Shown here: positions 51,324 through 63,169 of the stretch, piece by piece
How positions within the stretch are numbered: the first letter of the stretch is position 1
How the letters are laid out: each line of letters opens with the position of its first letter
NCBI RefSeq assembly: GCF_006345805.1
Contig: NC_043000.1
Coordinates: 141,980,001-142,044,000, forward strand
Origin: Octopus sinensis
Lineage: Eukaryota
Direction of reading: 5' to 3'
DNA length: 64,000 nucleotides
Made by a program: the position numbers and the translations under genes
Notes under the pieces: generated by a model
What the model saw: only the letters and a program-made list of their open reading frames with translations
Database searches by the model: none
Told to the model about the DNA's origin: nothing

Positions 51324-52316
51324 AAATTAAATACTAACGGTAGAAATTGATATTATTAAATAATACTAATTTAAACTGGTGGCCAACATACGTGAAAAAC
51401 ATCCAAGAAGAGCAAATTATATTCAAATATATAAATAAAAAGGAAAAGCCACTAAGTGGATTCCTCGTATGCTAAAGATAACCGCCAAATCGTCCTACCT
51501 CGAAAAATGTGTTCTCAAATTAACAGTACGCTAGATGTTTGCGAGCAAGACAAATAAAAGGAAAATAAAAATAGCAGTTAATTCCATACCTCGAAGTCTC
51601 GTCATAAATAATTAAGATCGTTGCCCACACATAATAATTAAACTAGATACCAGTCGTTTATATGAGAGGACAAGTGCATATAGAGTTCAACTATTATACA
51701 TCGCAATTCCTATTCCCAAGCCAGAAATAAACCACAGTGAATAGAATTCAGCTGTCAATTTAGTGAAGTTAGCGATTAGAGAACAAGGTTATTTAAAAAT
51801 TAAATACTATGGGTAGATATTAATATTATTAAATATTACTAATTTAACCCGGTGGCCAACTTACTTAAAAAACGTTGGAGGACTGCAAATTATATTCAAA
51901 TATATAAAACGAAAGACCGCTAAGTGGATTCCTTATATGCTGAAGATAGACGCCAAATCATCCTAGCAAATCGTCCTCTCACGTAGACGATTGGTATCTA
52001 GTTCGATTACTATGTGTCGGCAAAGATTTCGATGAGGAGCTACAAATAATTCCTTAAGTATTTTGGGCGAAACTGTGAGGTATGGAATTAACTGCTATTT
52101 TTAGGTTCCCTTCATTTGTCTTGATCATAAACTTCCAGTGCCCTGCTAATTTGAGAACACATTTTTCGTGGTAGGACGTGGTGGCGTCTATCTTCAGCAT
52201 ACAAGGAATCCACTTAGTGGTCTTTCCTCTTATTTATATATCCGAATATAATTTGCAGTAATCAGACGTGTTTTACGTATGCTGGCCACTGGTTTAAATT
52301 TGTATTAATTAATAAT
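51324..52316. repeat. ~1-kb foldback: ~350-bp inverted arms plus an internal direct copy of a ~170-bp sub-unit
   Basis: 51324-51672 vs reverse complement of 51973-52316 (e.g. 19/19 AAAAATGTGTTCTCAAATT); 51797-51967 repeats 51324-51500. Confidence 0.85.
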
Positions 52317-53539
52317 GTGTATATATAAAAAATAAAAAAAATTCTGAATTAAATAAAAAAAAACCAAAGCTGTGAATAATCCGTAATATTTGATTGTTAA
52401 ATAACTTTGTTCTCTATACCGTTAATGAATTCTTTACTGATCCTGTTTGGTATTTCTTCCGGAAATTGGTCCAGCCAGAACTGTATTGCCATTACTAAAT
52501 TGGTTGAATTCATCCTACAAAATAACCACTTCATGTTTGACAATACATTTTACCGTTAAAAATCCGGAATTGCTATGGGTACAAGGGCAGCACCAGTCAT
52601 TCCGAACCTAACAATGGACTAACTGGAGATAATTATATACCAGTAATCTTTATCGGCCTTTGGAAACCCTCTTTCTCAATACATAAAAGAGAATTGGAAA
52701 AGATTACTGGACGACTGTTTTATATTCTGGAAAGAAAACACAGATAAACTCCAAAAATTCAAAAACCTATTGAACAGCGTCAACCCAAATATACAGTTCA
52801 CAATGGAGTGCAACCAAAAGGATCTTCCATTCTTAGATATACTGATTTAAAAAATTAACCTAAAAATAGAAACACATATTTTGCAAAACCACAGACGCCA
52901 AACAAGACCTACTTTTTGATTCATGCTACCTAAGACACACTAAAACAAACATCCCTTTCAACCTTGCAAGAAGGATATGCACACTAGTGTCAGAACAAAA
53001 TACCAGGAACTTTAGACTACAAGAACTCCAGAACACCTTAGTTGGCAGATGCTACCCAGTTTAACTCATAGAGGATGGGATCAGATGTGCAACAGAAATC
53101 GACATAGAAACTTTGAGAAAAGTTCAACACAGCAACACACCTTCCCCGAAAATACTGCCTTATATATCCACATACAACCCCAGAAATAAAGAAGACTTCA
53201 CCATCATCACCCAGAATTAACCAATACTCCATAAGGACCCCAAATTAAAGGAAATTCTAAACATATATAAAATTATTAAAAGCTACAAACAACCAAAATC
53301 ACTAAAAAAGATTCTCACAAAGGCAAAATTGTTTTCTGAAATTACGGATGCAAAAGTAAAAAAATGTCGTAGACCAAACTGCGCAACGTGCCCAAACCTT
53401 CTAGTAGGATCGGAATTCCTCTTCAAAGAGGAACAAAAGTTCAAGATCAAATCTAATTTTACTTGTGCTTCAGAAAACATAATTTATGTCATAAGATGCA
53501 CAGGCTGCCACCAAAACTACGTAGGATCCACTGGATTAT

Positions 53540-53954
53540 ACTTGTCCCAAACTTTGGCATCGAGAGTTACACAAATACCAGAACTGGGCGCCACTGCGTG
53601 GTGCCAAGGATTCCAAATATGCCATCAAGATGTAGGACAAGATACTGTGATAGCCTGGGCTTCCGAGGCCCACGGCTCTTCAATATCCTCCCGAAGAACC
53701 TAAGAGACCTGCATGGGGTGGATGCAGATGTCTTTAAAATGAAACTGGATCTCTTCTTGTCAGGTATCCCAGATGAACCAACTTCACGGCAGGAGGTGCA
53801 GATGAGGGCAGCTGCATCGAACTCTCTCATGCACCAAATGGCAGTTGTTAAAAAAACATTCTTGAAGTAAAACCATGTAGCAACACCAAATGGCGGTGCC
53901 CCAGCATGGCCACAGCTTGTGAGCTGAAACTAGAATCAATCAATCAATCAATCA
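53540..53954 (+). mobile_element. 5'-truncated CR1-like LINE inserted in the PLE endonuclease
   Basis: GPRLFNILPKNLRDLHGVD..FKMKLDLFLSGIPDEP...RAAASNSL; (CAAT)n tail; possible TSD ATTAT (53535-53539, 53955-53959). Confidence 0.88.
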
Positions 53955-54340
53955 ATTATCACTCAGACGCAGATGCAGTCTGCATCGACAACAGATTGCA
54001 TTCCCAGAATACAGAATGATACCCTTTAGTGAGCATATTGAGAAATGCGCAAAGCAACTACTACCACAATTTTTAATCTTTCCTATCTATCAATGTGCTA
54101 TTGGAACACCAACACAAATTAGATTAAACAAGGAAACATTCTTCATTGAAAAATATAAGCCTGAACCTAAACATCCTAACCTTCTTACACAGAGACACGC
54201 ATCTCATTGAAAAAAATAAAAAATAAAATAAAGTGATTATCTCCCTTATACCGGAAGAAATCCCCGATCCTCCCCCCCCTGCCTGAAACTCTTCTTTGCA
54301 CTACATAACGAAGACATGACACGATGTAGTAAAGGAATGT

Positions 54341-54379
54341 GAGAAATTTGAAAGGTTTACACGAAACCGGTTATTTCTC
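54341..54379 (+). ncRNA. Degenerate minimal hammerhead-ribozyme-like motif in the PLE 3' region
   Basis: Stem I gagaaat/atttctc, core TTGAAAG (vs CUGANGA), stem II gt-ttac-ac, GAAA, palindromic stem III accggt. Confidence 0.45.
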
Positions 54380-54529
54380 CAAAAACTATGTTACTATACA
54401 TAAACTTTTATAACATTTTTCTAACATAACGACTTAAATATATTTTTTAACCTTATAAAACAAGCCTTCTGTAGTTTTTTCACTCTTTTCTATTTTTGTA
54501 TACATCCATCCACGTGCTTTCACACACCA

Positions 54530-54534
54530 ACCTC

Positions 54535-54614
<80 letters not shown>

Positions 54615-54695
54615 TATACATATATAAGTACGTATATATGTGTGCGTGTGTAAGTATGTATATGCGTGTGTAAGTGTGTGTGTGTGTGTGTGTGT
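54530..54695. repeat. (CA)/(TA)/(TG) compound microsatellite
   Basis: Direct reading. Confidence 0.9.
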
Positions 54696-55246
54696 TTGAA
54701 TATTATTTGGCAATTTGTATTCAGGGATCATCTCAAACGTTGCGATCACTAATTCAGACGTAGATCATAAATATAAATTTTTATTCGTTTATTTTATTTA
54801 TTTTCTTTTTGGATTCTCCTTGCAAGACTTGTTTTTTTTCCCAATATACCGCTAGCGCATTTATATTTATATTTCATTACAAGGTGAGACATTAGTAAAG
54901 GAAAGGAACTTGAAGGTAATGGCCCAGCTCAATACATTTTGGAGTTATATAAAACTATGCTTGAATTCCTGACATCGAAAAGTAAAATTATTTAGTGTTT
55001 CTAAGAACTAGGTGTTTTTCTTCTACAATAGTTTATTAAATCATATTTGTTACAAAAGATATTTCTGGCTAAGCTCATTGTGATATTTGCGAAAATAATA
55101 TCTATTCCTTAGCGTATGCATCTAGACACACAATATGTAAAATAAGGGATGTTAACTAATATAATGAGCACATTTAAAACATACCTAGTTTGAATTTTTA
55201 GATGTGTATCTTTCGCAAAACTGAAACAATAGCTGTTACGTAGATA

Positions 55247-56182
55247 CTAGCAAAGTCACCCAGCGTTGCCCAGGAATGAAATTGTTCCCTATATAATGGA
55301 AGGAAAAAGCAAAATGGCGGTGCCCCAGCATGGCCACAGCTCGTGAGCTGAAACTAGAATCAATCAATCAATCATATAGAAATTTGTTATTCTAAATTCA
55401 ATTTATTCTTCAATTGGGAAATAAAATCTGAATTCATAATACAAATATAGCTAAGTTCTATCACATTAGTTGAAGGCAATGTTCTTTGTTTTCTGATTTG
55501 GAGCATAGACAAGAGTCTTGTAAATTACCAACCCTGGAGCAACCAACATTAAGTGACAATGAGAAAAGCAAGACTCAATTAAGTGCAAACCAGTAAATTT
55601 CAAAGTGTAACCTTGAGCTTTATTAATAGGTGTTGCGAAGCAAAGTCGCACTGGGAATTGCATTTGTTTGAACTCAAATGGCATGTCTTTTGGTTTGACT
55701 GGAATTCTTGGAATGAAAAGCCTCCTCCCTACAAGCATATTCAGTGATGATCGTAGCTTCTATCACATTGTGGACGAATTGCATGTGGCTCAAGAGAATT
55801 AAGGAACTTTGTTGTGTAATGGACAGTTTGAAATAGAACTGTAATTAGTAGCATTCTGCATGGCTTGGGTGGACATGTGTGCATATCTGACTGACCACAA
55901 ATATATGGAGCTGAACATGGTGTGCAAAAAGTAAATAAATAAAAACTTTTTCCAGGAAATTAAGTGTGCGTGTTCAAAAGAATTTTTTGAACTTAATAAC
56001 TACTTCTGTCAGTAATTTATCGAAGTGAATAATATATATAAAGCAATGTTATTTATTTTTAATAAAATAAAATAATACTGTATTCTTGGTCAAATTATTG
56101 CATTCATGTATGGAAGCAATTCGCGCAGCCGTTTTCGCGTGAAGAGCGAACACGCGCACACAGGTCTATTTTATTTATTAGA
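55247..56182 (-). mobile_element. Internally deleted Helitron carrying a Pif1-like helicase C-terminal remnant
   Basis: Minus strand A|TCTAATAAATAAAAT start, hairpin cctgggcaacgctgggt, CTAG|T end; IPRIPVKPKDMPFEFKQMQFPVRLCFATPINKAQG...CFSH...KTKNI (55466-55738). Confidence 0.9.
55296..55373 (+). mobile_element. 78-bp 3' tail of the CR1-like LINE inserted into the Helitron
   Basis: aaatggcggtgccccagcatggccacagctcgtgagctgaaactagaat(caat)n, matching 53888-53954; possible TSD ATATA. Confidence 0.88.
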
Positions 56183-56894
56183 TGAGAGAAGATATAATTA
56201 TTTCGAATTACCCATGTTACACTGACAAATGGCTACGATATCATTGTCTCATCAATACCTTTAAATGAGACGAGAACGTAAACAATCACTAAGTCATTTT
56301 CACATATGCCAACATTCACAGATCGGCACAAGTTTACGCGCGCATGAAAACGTACAAATTTATGGACACATGCTTATATAACTGAAATAAGAATAAAGCT
56401 GAAAGTTTAGATACAAATTACGCAATCATTGCATATGTTTTACTTGTGTACCTTAGCATGTTATGCTGTAATTGTTACGATTGATTAATTACTCTGTAAT
56501 GACAGACCATTAGAAAATGCAGTAACTTAACTTCATTGCTGGTTACCAACATCCGTTGGCAAGCAAAATCAAATCAAGAACTACAGTTCTCAGCTTCTAT
56601 CTGTAAATTACGTTGTATTTGCTGAGAATCTAGCTTTGTACACTTATTAAACATTCTTCTGATGATCTGCCTTTAGAGGGTTTGATGATTTCTTCTGGCA
56701 TTACAAGTTGCTTATGAAACTGGTTTTGTAGCGGTTACCAAATACTGGTCTAGACAAGTGAAAAACATTCTAAGGAATTTTAATTGACGATATTATAATA
56801 AAGACATTTGAATCCAAATTTCCAGTTTTATTCTGACTTCTGAAATATAATCGGTAATTTATGCAAATGCATATATGTCCGAACAAAAATTGGA

Positions 56895-57262
56895 TACTCT
56901 TTTACTTGTTCAGTCACTTGACTGCAGCCATACGGAAGCACCGCCTTTAGTCGAGCAAATGGACCCCAGGACTTATTCTTTGTAAGCCTAGTAATTATTC
57001 CATCGGTCTTTGGCCGAACTGCTAAGTTTCGGGGACGTAAACACACCAGCATCGGTTGTCAAGCGATGCTAGGGTGGGTGGACAAACACAGAACCAGAAA
57101 CATATACACACTCATACGTATACATATATATACATATATAAGACGGGCTTCTTTCAGTTCCCGTCTACCAAATCCACTCACAAGTCTTTGGTCGGCCCGA
57201 GGCTATAGTAGAAGACACTTGCCCAGGGTACCACACCGTGGGACTGAACCCAGAACCATGTG
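56895..57262 (-). mobile_element. SINE family B, lacking the 5' end of the head
   Basis: Reverse-complement match. Confidence 0.88.
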
Positions 57263-57614
57263 ATGACAAAGTATTTTTAATACTTGACAGAAAGTTACAC
57301 ATACATGGACTAGTATACAATTGTAAGCAAAGGTTAACTGTTAGACATGACCTCTGACTGACATTATTACAGACACAACGTTGACTAGTATGACTAAAAT
57401 TTTGACATCAAATAATAAATGCTAATGTGGCTTTAATAGTCTTTGTGTGTTTTTGAATGGCTAATATACATCTTACACGGTAACGTTTTAGTTTCAACAT
57501 ACAGTCTCCAAAATATCAGATGCTTGGCAAACATGCCTCTGAAGCTAAATGTAAGAATATATTATTCGAAATAACAACTTTTCAAAAACGCACATTCAGA
57601 GATACATTTACATA

Positions 57615-57876
57615 ATGAACATACATACACACAACTCACACAACACACACGCACACACACACACATACACACACACACACACACACACTCACTCTCACAC
57701 ACACAAAGTCACATCCACATACACAAGCACACACATGCATACGCGAGTTACGCGCTTGTGTTTGCGTGTGTACTTTTATGTGGTGTATGTGTGTGTGTGT
57801 GTGTTAGTGCATAGTGTTTTATTTAGTACGTCCGTGTACCCTCAGACGTGGAAAGAACTGCATCGCGGACACTATC

Positions 57877-57969
<93 letters not shown>
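57615..57969. repeat. (CA)n, (TG)n and (GA)n microsatellites
   Basis: Direct reading; (GA)n at 57878-57969. Confidence 0.92.
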
Positions 57970-57972
<3 letters not shown>

Positions 57973-59014
57973 CTGTTTATAAACAATGCATGACAATACA
58001 TCAGAATACACTACTGAATTTATAAATGACGTCAGCAGATTGTAATACACGTGCTTCTGTGTCTTTACGCCTCACCAGCTCCGGTCACCGAAACTCTGCA
58101 CACTACTCTAAGAAATGCTGTCGTTAATTTATACCGTAAGTGATAAATTTACTGTTGTTTACAAAGTCTTTCCACAGTGGAATTAATTATTTAAATAATT
58201 TGATGAGTAATCGAGCAAGTCGTCTGTGCATTGTCTAAGTGTGTAAAAGAAAAGATTTTGTCAGAGCCGTTGTTTTTGTTTGAAGCTGCTGAAAGCATTG
58301 CGCCTTTATAAGCGGTGTCAGGTGTTCTATCGTAGAATAAGATGATTAGATATGGATATTTCCTTTATGTAGTTCTGTTTTTAGTATTTTTAAGATTGTG
58401 GTAATTAACTTTTTATAATCTTACTTTGTTCTTGCTATTTAGCAGAGCATTCTGATCATTGTCACCATATTCAATCCTTCTCTATTATTCGGGCATTATT
58501 TTACTTAAAAGCACATTATCAACATTATCGAAGCTACATTTCATATTTTAAATACATTAGCAAGTAATATAATTTGTCTGCACTTTAGAGCAGGCTCAGC
58601 AAACAATTACATGCGTCAATAGTGGGCCCACTTAACCTCCTCTCCATTCAACAAGAAGGAATGTTTATTTATTTTTATGGTTGTAAAAATAATATCTATT
58701 TCACGCACAAAGAAGTATTAGACTGTACCTACAAATACGTATACTATGTAAATACCACAGCATAAATTTACTCCTCCAAACTCTTTGCAGTATTTGTGCA
58801 TATAATTTCTATAAATGGTCTGCGTTTTTAAGAACTTTTACAACACCAACACAGGGGTATAAAATGTAAATCTTTTCGCAATCTCTAATTAAAATAGAAC
58901 AAAGATTATCACATTGTATACATGAAAGAGTAAACTAATACAGAGACACAACTAGTGAATTTCCGTATGGTAATTTATCTATGATGTAACATCATAAATA
59001 TTTCTTTCAAAGTT

Positions 59015-59217
59015 TGGGACAAGGCCAGTAATTTCGGGTTAGGGATAGGTCTATTACATCGACTCCAGTGCTCAACTGATATTTATTTTATCGACCCTAA
59101 AAAGATGAATTGCAAATTCGACTCCGATGGAAATTGAACTCAGAATGTAAGGATGGACGAAAAGCCACTAGGTCTTTTGCCCGGTATGCTAACAATTCTG
59201 CCTGCTAGCAGCCTTAA
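59015..59217 (-). mobile_element. Degenerate SINE family A
   Basis: attacatcgactccagtg...tcgaccc...gatgaa...caaattcgac...tgaactcag match. Confidence 0.8.
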
Positions 59218-59954
59218 TACCGTCATGACTATTAAAAAACATATTAAAAAATGTAGACATGAGTATTTTGTGACTGAGTAAAAGGTCACCTGTGTTTGCC
59301 TCATATGGACGCTAAATAAGAGAGTGTGGGATGCCGCATAATTATCAGCAGCACATGAAGAATAATTTTTATTCCTTTCATTGACACTTCACTGCTTTCA
59401 TAGATATTACTTTAAAATCAAGGAACAAAGGTAACTATTGTGGGTGAGTTCATTGGGTGTGGTAGAAAATTTGGAAAAAAGTTGTTTTAATATTAGTAGA
59501 GAAATAACCTTACATTTTAGATTCCGTTACTAATATTCACGATTCACATTAGGATAAGAAAAGTTTGATCAGAAATATAACTGAAATAGAGTTTAGCCGT
59601 CTGTCATGAATGCGTTTCTGAAATTCATTACGATTGAAAATGAAATGAATAAGAAAGAGTAGCATGAAAATATCTCATTTTCTCTTCTTTGTTCGGAATA
59701 CTTATATATTGTTATAAAATGAATCGCTCTTTAGTAAAATATATGTATCGAGCCTAAGATATGTTGTTTCCTACAGTTCAAGAAGTAAAAGTTTGGTCAA
59801 GCAAAGCATATTTCAATGTGACAAGCAGAAATAACGTATAGTACTACATCGACTAGAATATGTTATTTAAATCAACAAAAATATTAACAATTCAGATGAA
59901 TTTCTCATATGTCTTCTATATAATAATGAAATAAATGAGCACTTTTAAAGCCTA

Positions 59955-60262
59955 GCCAGGATCATGGGCCCAGTTTCCCGGTTTCAATGGCGTATATGTT
60001 CCCCAGCTTGACAGGACGCCAGTCCATCACAGCGTTTCTCATTTTGAGCGAAAACATAAAGCTACACGAGGCTTCGGCAGGGGGTGGTGACGATCCCTGC
60101 TGTACACTTTCGCCACCAATTTCTCTCACTCTTTCTTCTGTTGGCCTGCCCGCTTAGCCAGCGGGTTGGCGTCATTTGAAGGCTAAATCAATGCGAAGCA
60201 CTTTGTTACCAGCGATGTGTAGCAACATCTGATAGCCTGGTCGGTCACGGTGATCAAGGTGA
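59955..60262 (+). mobile_element. Chimeric SINE-like repeat sharing the family C middle segment but with a different tail
   Basis: 60043-60141 matches 33225-33330; flanks differ. Confidence 0.6.
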
Positions 60263-63169
60263 TATATATATAATGAATGTAAACGTGTACGAATTAAATA
60301 CATTGATTTAGAATATCCCTTTCTCACAACTGTATGAGTAGTCTCCATTTAATTTCATGCATCTGCCCCTCACTGTTTTTACTTTAAATTTCAAATGTGT
60401 ATTGTTATATGGTTTAGCAGCTTAATGCATTTTATACGTAGCTTCTATTGACTTTACTTTCTCTTTGTCAATTTATCATACGATATATATATTTAATGCA
60501 TAGCATCATATGAATGAAGAAATTTGGAATTCCATCTCCGTATTTAACGCAGGATGAAATCCCAAACTCCATTTACAGCGGAATTGAATGTATTTATTTA
60601 AAGTACTGACATCTATTCCCTAACGATGTTCAGGACACAACTGTTCATGAAATGTGGGATTATATTGAAAGACAAATATAAATTTGTCATTAATACCTTT
60701 TGCACAGAATTTAATGACTTGCATGAAAGAAAGGTATCCAACAGGGAACTGAGTCAATGTTTCGGATAGCGGAATCCCCAATAGCTTACAGCCATAATTC
60801 AAACCTTATATATACCAATTATAGTTATAATTATAAGAAGTAAAGTAAATATATTAAACTGACGTGTTATATTTTAAGCAAAGCTTCCTTTATAGATTGT
60901 CACATAGTTTTTGGAAGCGTAGTTAATTTTCGTGAGTTGGAAAATTGAAATCAAAAGCACTTCATATGGATCGAAGAACAGATGAAGGAACAAAATTAAA
61001 AACAAAAAAAAAAAGCTCTATAAAATCGTTTTCCAATGCTTCTCGCTCAATTATACAGAGTGTCAACAATTAGGCAGTGCAAGGGAGAATTATAATTGTT
61101 GCTTCGAGCTGTGTGGATATTATTATCTCAATTTCTACTATATTTTTATGATAAAGTTAGCACTGGTAATGCCTGCAGCCATTAAAAATCAACAATAATG
61201 GATATTTAAGTCATGAATTATTCATACATTAAATATCCTTATTAACGTGAATGAGATCCATCAATTTAAATGAAAACACAAGAAAAAGGGAAACAAATTT
61301 ATTTGTCGTCCTCATGTGATAATCTACCTAAAATGCATCGTAAAGTGAAGAAGGTATTCATTGGCAGAATAATTTATATTTCAGCGTGGTTTAGTGGTGC
61401 ATGTTTATATAGTAGTTTAAATAAAGTCCATTAAACAACCAATCATGGTTGATGCGAGAAAAAAAAAAGTTTTAGCCCGAAGATGACAGTTAATATAAAC
61501 TATGAGTTATCCATCACTCACGAAGTTGTGTAACATGCAAGAAGAAATTAGTTATGTTTCTCATCAAACGTGTATATTTCTCTTTTACGACTTTATATTA
61601 AAAAATAATTTTATGTATTACAGATGAATATTTGACTCACATCAATAGATTTTAGCTCTCACATGAATGAGATCACTTGTTCAACCTCTTGGGACAGGGC
61701 GAACGACGGAAGAATTTGTTTGAGTGTGAGACCATTGCCAGATTGTAAAATGTGATATTTATTCAGGGTGAGGTAAATTATTACATGTTATTTTATTATC
61801 TATAGTGTTAATCTAGATAAGTAAGCAAATACAGCAAGTGTTGCAAAAAAGTCAATTCAACTTGGAAATCAGTGTTGCCATTAAGGAAATGCATAGAAGG
61901 AATTTCGTCATTAAGACGACAGAAGAGTAAATATCGAAAAATTAATTCAGAAATTTATATTGATGTTTGCGCATGGAGAACTTACGTTTCAACATGGGTT
62001 TTAAGAGGAAAGTAATGGTTGCGACGGTTGGAAGAAATTTCAGAAAATCCTCATACGTCTTGAAAAAGAATGCTACTTTTACGAATTGTGTAAGTTCTTA
62101 GCCGAGGTGTCATATAAATTACAGTTGCCTTACTACGCATGTAATTGTTAGTTACCTTTCACAGCAGAAGTAAAGAAATGTCGAAGATGTTGCTGATTAA
62201 GCCCGTTATAGCCTACCCACGAGAAATAGCAACCAAAATACCTTGAAGGAAAACGTTTATATATGGACGAAAACATCGCCAAATACAGTTTTTGAATATT
62301 CAAAGAAAGAATGACTTTGATCCGAGGATATATATGATGATATACTTACATGGAAAATTCCTCATCGTTTTCATGAATACACTCAGTATTTTCACAATGA
62401 AAAACATATAAAATGGCATCGGTTGTTATTTAGTAACCTGATACAACTGTCCTGCGACTAAAGGGTCTTTGGCTATGACCATCATTTATTTTGCCATAAG
62501 ATCTCTGTTGTACAGCAGTACTTCCTTTTTGCTATCGTGTTCGCATCTATTTTCTCAAGTCCAGCGACAGTATAACTTTAATGACACCTGCTGTCATAGT
62601 AAGCTAGACCTTTGATATTTCTAAAAAATATAAACATACGTATGCACACCCGAGCACACACACACACCAAGTATATATTGGGACATCCTATAAATAATGC
62701 GGTTATTTCAATTGCATGAACTAAAAGTCGGAGGGGAACGGGATAAACTACCTGCTATAAAAGCAAGTAGTAATTATACTTGCTTTTATAGATAATTTAA
62801 AGGTTAACTGGTTGTGGATTTCTCCTCGCTCTATCCTTCTTTATCATCTACAAAATTGTTTCTCCTATTCTTCCTTTTATTTCCTTATTGTCATTTACAT
62901 ACGCCTCACTGTAGCGTTGCTTACCATCTATACAATTTTAAAAATTTTATTTCACCTACCTCCCCCACCTAACACCCTACCTTTTTAAATTACAAGTTCA
63001 TGCGTCAACATAAACCTCTAATATCTCTTACTGTAAACACACCTCCCACAAAATACACTCCTTAATTGATTCCTTGTAGTAGCCGCCACTATTCTTGCCG
63101 GTTCTACCTTGCTTTCTTCATGATGTTTTCTTCACAAAAACTTTTTTGCTCCAGAAAACAACCACTGGC

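Larger units (their letters stand above)
52480..54380 (+). mobile_element. Penelope-like element (RT plus GIY-YIG endonuclease), decayed
   Basis: GIAMGTRAAP, WKRLLDDCFIFW, LPFLDILI, NIPFNLARRICT; CRRPNCATC, FTCASENIIYVIRCTGCHQNYVGST, HRQQI, KETFFIEKYKP. Confidence 0.93.

Noticed and set aside
54300-54355. SECIS element (ATGA-N11-AAA) implying a selenoprotein-encoding Naiad PLE
   Set aside because: The required stem does not pair, a competing hairpin explains the region, and the Cys motif codons are TGT/TGC rather than TGA.
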